A DNA stretch of 46,653 bases from an uncultured Bacteroidales bacterium (GTDB lineage: Bacteria > Bacteroidota > Bacteroidia > Bacteroidales > ML635J-15): positions 1 to 46,653 of the forward strand of contig CAYNKH010000002.1 of NCBI GenBank assembly GCA_964397745.1, written 5' to 3'. A program made the translations under genes and the position numbers. Below the pieces are notes generated by a model. It did no database searches. It saw only the letters and a program-made list of their open reading frames with translations, and was not told where the DNA came from. Shown here piece after piece: positions 41,029 to 46,653 of this stretch; the stretch's first letter is position 1, and each line of letters opens with the position of its first letter.

Positions 41029-44000
41029 CTACCTCACCACAAGTTTTTTAACAAATTTACCTTTTTCTGTTATTACTTTTACTTGATAAACGCCTTGGTT
41101 TAAATTAGTATTAATATTAACACTATTCATATTGGTTTTTTGTGAAACACAAACTCGTCCAAGTGCATCTAAAATTGTAATTTCATTTATAATTTGATTA
41201 GAGATAATTGTGAACTGTCCGTCTGTTGGATTAGGATAAATTTGAAGATTATTTTCGACTACATCAGAAATAGAAGTTTGTACCATAATTTCTGCTATTT
41301 TAGACGCCATACATCCGTTATCATCAATAATAGCAACCGAATAAAGTCCAGCAGTTAAATTAGTTAGTAATAATCCGTGTTCATTATTTGACCAGTTAAT
41401 TGTAAATGGTGCTGTGCCTCCTATAATTGTCATTTCTATTTGCCCATCTGCATTTCCAGCACCTGATTCATGAGTAATATCAAATTCAATTGCAGGTTTA
41501 TCATAAACAGTAATATAATCTATAATCTCAAATTCATCTTGAGCAAACCCATTTTCTACAACTAAACTTACTGTGTAAGTTCCAGGTTCAGAATATGTAT
41601 GTACGGGATTTTGTTCAACTGATGTTTCATTGTCTCCAAAATCCCATGACCAAAATACTGGTTCATAAGTGCTTAAATCTTCAAATTGAACGGTTAAACT
41701 TCCACAGGCTTCTGTTTGATTGGCCGTAAAATTTGCAACAGGCGGATTGGTACCTTCCATGCTTACATTTATGCAATCGCTTGATTGACAATTATTATTT
41801 TCAGTAACAGTTACGCAATATTCACCAGCACTTAATCCAGTTATTGTTTTGGTATCAAATCCACCAGTCCATAATATTTCGTAAGGTTCTGTGCCACCAG
41901 TAATTGCAACTGTTGCTGTGCCATCATTACCCGATAAGCTTTCTTCTGTCATGCTTAATTCAAGTAATGGACTTTCGCCAATGGAAATTAAATCTGTAAT
42001 AACATAATCATCACTGCCGCCAGCATTTGTTACAGTAAGAGTAACCGTGTAAATTCCAGGGGAGTTATAATTGTAAACTGGATTTTGTTCTATTGAAGTA
42101 TTACCATTTCCAAAATTCCACAACCAAGTTGTAGGATTATTGGTACTTTCGTCTGTAAACTGAACTTCTAAATTGTTACAACCTGTTGTTATGTCAGTAG
42201 AGAATGCTGCAACTGGAGCATCTGGCATTATTTCAGTAATAGTTATACAGTCTGATGATGAGCAATTATTGCCCGATTCTGTAACTGTTACGCAATATTC
42301 TCCTGCAATAAGATTTGAGTGTGATTGTGAATTACCTGTAAAGTAGTTTGGCCCAGTCCATGAATACATATATGATGGGGTTCCACCAGTAACATTAACC
42401 GAAACACTTCCGTCAGATTCTCCAGAATTTTCTTCTGTCATACTTAAAGTAATAGTTGGAGATTCACCTACAACAATATAATCAGTTTTTATTTCTGTAT
42501 TTAAACCTGTTGCATTTTCAACCTCAAGTGTTACTGTATAAATTCCAGGATTGGAGTATGTATGTTGTGGATTTTGCTCAATTGATGTTTCACTATCTCC
42601 AAAATTCCAAGACCAAGATGTTGGAATATTTGTACTTTGATCTGTAAATTGAACTGTTAAATTATCGCAACCAGAAGTTATATTCGCTGAAAAACTAGCT
42701 ACAGGAGCAATGCCTTCTGTATCAACAGTTTCACAAGCAGAAGCTGTACACATATTAGCGTCTGTAACTGTAACACAATATGTTCCACCGTATAAACCAG
42801 TTATTGTTGGATTTCCTGGATGTGGAAATTCCCAAGTATAAGAATATGAACTTGTTCCCCCAGATGCATTTGCTGTAGCTGTACCATCATTTGCTCCTGG
42901 TCCAGATTCTGGAGTTGTTGTTACATTTACTGTAGGACTCTCTCTAACTTCAACATATACATCATCAGTAGAAGTACATCCATTTGCATCTTCAACAATA
43001 ACTGTATAAGCTCCTGTGGTAGTTGCTTCATAAGTTTGTGTGCCTATACTTCCATTCCATGTATATAAATTGTAATTTTCTCCTGCATCAAGCATTACAG
43101 TTCCATCACATTCGCTTATAATATTATCGCCAATATCAACTGTAACAGCATTATTTATTGTAACTATAAAACTACTTTCGGCAGTACAATTTGGAGTTGT
43201 TCCTGTTTCTGCATAAACGTATATAGTTTGTGTTGAAGTAATTGCAGTTCCAACTGCAATTGGACCAACTCCATTAGTATTCGTAAAATAATTACCATTT
43301 ATTAAACTTGGCAAAATATAAGAATCACAAACCACAACATCATTTAATTCATCAACTATTGGAGTTTCGTTAATTGTAACTGTAAAGCTATTTTCATTTG
43401 TGCAATTTGGCGTTGTTCCACTTTCAGCATATACATAAATAGTTTGTGATGTGGTAATTTCAGTTCCGACAGCAATAGGATTAACTCCACCAGTAGAAGT
43501 GAAATAATCTCCATTTGTTAGTATAGGTAGGATATAAGAATCACATGCAATTACGTTTTCTGGAGCATCAACATCTGGGATTTCGTTAATTGTAGCTGTT
43601 ACAGGGGTTCTTGCACTTATACATTCGTCTCCGTAATAAATTTCCCAATTATAAAAATAATAATAGTAATTTGCATCCCCTGCATTGGTTCCAGTAATTG
43701 ATACAATATCTTCAATATTATAAGGCCAATTTACTCCTGCATTATTTCTCCATAAGTTTGACGGAGTTGTTCCACATTTTAGTTGATAGTTTGTTCCTGC
43801 TGGAATATCAAAATTTAACTCAACAGTATTTATTCCTGTTGATAAATTCACAGTTTTAGAAGTAATTACCGCATTAGAGCTATTTCTAAGTTCAATGATT
43901 CTGTCTCCACTTGTATAGCTATTAACTTGAACTGAAACTAATTTAAAGTCTTGGTTTGCAGTAAATATTAAATAATAAGCATTGGAAGTATGATTTCCGC

Positions 44001-46191
44001 CATTTACATCAATATCTGAACTCCCTCCTGAAAAATAAGCTGGACTTATTCCTGATTGCACGTAGTAAGTAGTCGTTGTTGTAAAATTATCTTCTAAATT
44101 ATTACCAGTGTAAATAAGATTTCCATCAATGTTTTCATCATACCATTGTAGAGTTAATTCTCCGCTTGCACTTAAACTTAAAGTTCCGGGTCCGCACGAT
44201 TGAGCACCTACTGTTACTGGTGCATCGGGAATATTAACAATAATATAGTCGGTATATGTTTTTGTATTTGACCCATAAGTGTTTGTTGCGGTAAGAGAAA
44301 CTGTAAAAACGCCAGTCTGACTATAAATATGAGTAGGATTTATTTCGCTGCTAAGGGCTGAGCCGTCCCCAAAATCCCATTCGTAGGAAACCCCATCAAC
44401 AGTATTATTGGTAAATTGGACAATCCCTATACAAGTTTCGGTTACATCGGCAACAAAATCAGCAACTGGAGCTCCAGGGATGAAAACAGTAATGTAATTT
44501 TCTTTTAGTTCGGTAATATTACAGCCAGCACTTTCGATTTCAAGACTAACATCATAAACGCCATCGGTAGCATAATTGATAATTGGATTTGCATCAGAAC
44601 TAAGAGCAGGATTACCTCCATCAAAAATCCAAGAATAAGTATTAACTGTACCTGAACTTAAATCGGTAAAACTAACATCTGTGCCAATAGGAACATTTAC
44701 ACCCGAAGCAGAAAAGTCAGGAGAAGCAACACTGTTTGGAACTAATTGAATATCCAATCTTGTAGAAACATCATTTGTAATTGTTACAGTATGTGTTTGC
44801 GATTGATATCCAGTAAGTGAGAATGTAAAATCGTAAGTTCCTGCATAAATTGGACGATGATAATTCCCCACTGGTGCAGAAGAATAAACTTCTGTATTAT
44901 CTTTGTCATGTCCTACAATTTCAACTTTTACATCTGAAAGGGCAGTTCCTGTACAAGCATCACTTACTATTCCGCGTAATCCGTATAAAACTTGTTCGGT
45001 ATAAAGCAACATTGCATCTTTATTATATTCCCAATATGTTGGTAATAATTCTGCATCCAATTTTTTTGAATCTGACCATTCTAAGGTTAATTCTTTAATG
45101 TTTTGATAGTAATTCATGTAATCTTGCCTTGTGCCAATAGCATAATACCAATCAGCTCCGTGCGTAACACCTGTTGTGTTATATGGACCATTATTCATAG
45201 TTCTAGGACCTTCAAAATAAGTTGATGGGGCATCTATCTCAACTTCATCAGCATACACAAAACAAACATATTCCCACCAATCTGTATCAGCATTTAAGTT
45301 TTCGTCACTTTGCCATGTATCCCAAGGGTAATTTATAAGTTCTATACCCGAGTGAGTATTAACCGACATTACAAAATCATGTGCATTTGCATAATCTATC
45401 ATTGCTTGACTTTCTTCTTGGATTGTGTAGCCACTTCCATTTAGAGTTGGGAAATTTCTGTTTAAGTCAATATCATTGGTGTTTGATCTTTTAGCTTCAG
45501 AAACGCTCACTAAGCTTGGTGACCCATTAAATGTCCCATCAGGATTTGCTAATGGATTTATATAAATTTCAATATTATTAACCAAATTTGTAACGGCAGG
45601 ATCTGTTCCATAATTCGATAACAAATAGTCGATTGTTCTTAATGTTAAAACATAACAAACCAATTCATCTCCATGCATAGTACCAGACCACCAAAACTCT
45701 GGCTCATCTTCATCTACGCCAACATTATCAGAAATTATTACTCCTACAATTGGAACACCATTTTCTGAATATCCATAAACTTCATATTGGCAAATATCTG
45801 GATAGTTCGTCGCAAAACTCTGCATCATTTCCAAATATACCGCATGAGTAGGATATCTATCCCAATTTGCCATTTGAGCAACAGTTGTTGCCATTGTTAG
45901 TGCTTTAGGTGAATTATAATAATCGAAAGCGGGAGTAAATTCTATGTCATACGTCAAAAAATTCTCAAATTCCATAGTATTTGCATAGGCATAAACTAAA
46001 CCAGCCTTAAAACCATCAATTGAAAGTTCTCTCGTTAGGTTATACATAATGGAATTACTTGCAACGGGGAATGTAAAATAAAACTCTCCTCTTTCCTCAA
46101 GCTTTTCTTCAGCAAAACTGAGATAATCTAATTGTCCAAACAAAAGAGATGTACTTAGTAAGAATAATAAAACTAAAGTAAGGTTTTTCAT
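41029..46191 (-). CDS. giant secreted M14 zinc carboxypeptidase with PKD, SprB-type and other Ig-like repeats and T9SS type-A C-terminal sorting domain
   Basis: 1720 aa with a signal peptide. M14 motifs are WWSGTMHGDELV (HxxE) and DLNRNFP. A CarboxypepD_reg-like segment follows. At least five PKD modules carry W.FGDG...NP.H.Y...G.Y.V.L. SprB-type GG..Y.Y.W modules are present. The C-terminus reads LQIYPNPTDGQFTI...GVYQVKVIT. Confidence 0.88.
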   Translation of the reverse strand: MKNLTLVLLFLLSTSLLFGQLDYLSFAEEKLEERGEFYFTFPVASNSIMYNLTRELSIDGFKAGLVYAYANTMEFENFLTYDIEFTPAFDYYNSPKALTMATTVAQMANWDRYPTHAVYLEMMQSFATNYPDICQYEVYGYSENGVPIVGVIISDNVGVDEDEPEFWWSGTMHGDELVCYVLTLRTIDYLLSNYGTDPAVTNLVNNIEIYINPLANPDGTFNGSPSLVSVSEAKRSNTNDIDLNRNFPTLNGSGYTIQEESQAMIDYANAHDFVMSVNTHSGIELINYPWDTWQSDENLNADTDWWEYVCFVYADEVEIDAPSTYFEGPRTMNNGPYNTTGVTHGADWYYAIGTRQDYMNYYQNIKELTLEWSDSKKLDAELLPTYWEYNKDAMLLYTEQVLYGLRGIVSDACTGTALSDVKVEIVGHDKDNTEVYSSAPVGNYHRPIYAGTYDFTFSLTGYQSQTHTVTITNDVSTRLDIQLVPNSVASPDFSASGVNVPIGTDVSFTDLSSGTVNTYSWIFDGGNPALSSDANPIINYATDGVYDVSLEIESAGCNITELKENYITVFIPGAPVADFVADVTETCIGIVQFTNNTVDGVSYEWDFGDGSALSSEINPTHIYSQTGVFTVSLTATNTYGSNTKTYTDYIIVNIPDAPVTVGAQSCGPGTLSLSASGELTLQWYDENIDGNLIYTGNNLEDNFTTTTTYYVQSGISPAYFSGGSSDIDVNGGNHTSNAYYLIFTANQDFKLVSVQVNSYTSGDRIIELRNSSNAVITSKTVNLSTGINTVELNFDIPAGTNYQLKCGTTPSNLWRNNAGVNWPYNIEDIVSITGTNAGDANYYYYFYNWEIYYGDECISARTPVTATINEIPDVDAPENVIACDSYILPILTNGDYFTSTGGVNPIAVGTEITTSQTIYVYAESGTTPNCTNENSFTVTINETPIVDELNDVVVCDSYILPSLINGNYFTNTNGVGPIAVGTAITSTQTIYVYAETGTTPNCTAESSFIVTINNAVTVDIGDNIISECDGTVMLDAGENYNLYTWNGSIGTQTYEATTTGAYTVIVEDANGCTSTDDVYVEVRESPTVNVTTTPESGPGANDGTATANASGGTSSYSYTWEFPHPGNPTITGLYGGTYCVTVTDANMCTASACETVDTEGIAPVASFSANITSGCDNLTVQFTDQSTNIPTSWSWNFGDSETSIEQNPQHTYSNPGIYTVTLEVENATGLNTEIKTDYIVVGESPTITLSMTEENSGESDGSVSVNVTGGTPSYMYSWTGPNYFTGNSQSHSNLIAGEYCVTVTESGNNCSSSDCITITEIMPDAPVAAFSTDITTGCNNLEVQFTDESTNNPTTWLWNFGNGNTSIEQNPVYNYNSPGIYTVTLTVTNAGGSDDYVITDLISIGESPLLELSMTEESLSGNDGTATVAITGGTEPYEILWTGGFDTKTITGLSAGEYCVTVTENNNCQSSDCINVSMEGTNPPVANFTANQTEACGSLTVQFEDLSTYEPVFWSWDFGDNETSVEQNPVHTYSEPGTYTVSLVVENGFAQDEFEIIDYITVYDKPAIEFDITHESGAGNADGQIEMTIIGGTAPFTINWSNNEHGLLLTNLTAGLYSVAIIDDNGCMASKIAEIMVQTSISDVVENNLQIYPNPTDGQFTIISNQIINEITILDALGRVCVSQKTNMNSVNINTNLNQGVYQVKVITEKGKFVKKLVVR
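41283..42723 (-). repeat. three tandem ~480-bp coding modules (PKD domain plus SprB-type repeat) inside the M14 gene
   Basis: The module boundaries read DTEGIAPVASF..., IMPDAPVAAF... and EGTNPPVANF.... The conserved strings W.WNFGD/WDFGD recur at about 42600, 42110 and 41640. Confidence 0.75.
43157..43588 (-). repeat. tandem duplication of a ~72-aa Cys-containing domain (C-DSYILP...NG.YFT...G..PIAVGT.IT..QTIYVYAE.GTTPNC...F.VTIN)
   Basis: Two adjacent ~216-bp copies have clearly alignable protein and DNA sequence. Confidence 0.75.
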
Positions 46192-46201
46192 AATATGATG
46201 T

Positions 46202-46653
46202 TTAATTTTTAATAATTTTTAAAATATCTGTGTTTTTATCAATATTTGTGAGCTCAATAAAATAAATTCCGCTATCGTAAGCAGATAAATCTATAAGCAG
46301 TTTATTTTGATTATTGCAAGTAAAATTTTGTATTAGTTTTCCACTAATATCTGTAATTTTAACTGTTGAAATATTAGTTTTTGAGTGCATATTTATCAGC
46401 CCATTAGTTGGGTTTGGAAATATTGTACTGTTATTAATACTTGTTTCATTTTTACCAGTTTCAACAAAAATATCTGTTGTGTATTCGTTCATACCACAAT
46501 CGCTTGTAGAAGTAAGTTTTACAGTATAAGTTCCAGTTTCTGCATATATATGAGTAGGATTTATTTCTGATGAGGTAGTTTCGTCACCAAAATCCCACGC
46601 AAAAGAATTTGCTGCTGTAGAATTGTTTTCAAATATAACTTGCGAACCATTTA
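46202..46653 (-). CDS. T9SS cargo protein, 3' part only (PKD domain plus type-A C-terminal sorting domain); 5' end lies beyond the window
   Basis: The reading frame stays open upstream of the track's Met at 46492 to the window edge (...FAWDFGDETTSSEINPTHIYAETGTYTVKLTSTSDCGMNEY...). The C-terminus reads STIFPNPTNGLINMH...GIYFIELTN. Confidence 0.8.
   Translation of the reverse strand, partial: NGSQVIFENNSTAANSFAWDFGDETTSSEINPTHIYAETGTYTVKLTSTSDCGMNEYTTDIFVETGKNETSINNSTIFPNPTNGLINMHSKTNISTVKITDISGKLIQNFTCNNQNKLLIDLSAYDSGIYFIELTNIDKNTDILKIIKN

Overview
AT-rich chromosomal segment with Bacteroidota hallmarks. TAnnTTTG -7 promoter boxes sit upstream of many genes, four proteins carry type-A T9SS C-terminal sorting domains, and the sigma-54 activator / LptE / SecG cluster is present. 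About 40 protein genes and one tRNA-His(GUG) are supported. Housekeeping genes: trpS, rnpA, an S41 C-terminal protease, a hemD-like gene, purS, pssA, pepP, ispG, secG, efp, a cyclophilin PPIase and cvpA. Three accessory blocks lie among them. (1) A sialic-acid cassette at 184-4378: a GT42/DUF115-like transferase, nanE, neuB and a neuA fused to a KdsC-type HAD phosphatase, with no neuC in view. (2) A PorV/PorQ-like outer-membrane barrel followed by a 1664-aa C25 (PorU/gingipain-like) peptidase. (3) Large secreted T9SS cargo proteins: a DUF1566 protein, a C10 protease with two CUB domains, and a 1720-aa M14 carboxypeptidase with PKD/SprB-type repeats. The signals the genes do not explain are non-coding. 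One is a 254-bp exactly dyad-symmetric element of four GTCCC-N3/4-GGGAC hairpins between two convergent genes (23159-23412). Another is a G-rich, hairpin-rich candidate sRNA ending in an intrinsic terminator next to tRNA-His (about 15450-15619). A third is three copies of an 18-bp palindrome upstream of an AAA+/DUF4143 ATPase gene whose 5' end is frameshifted in an A7 tract. No CRISPR array, transposase, integrase, reverse transcriptase or recognised defence gene was seen. All functional calls rest on motif recognition by eye, with no database search.
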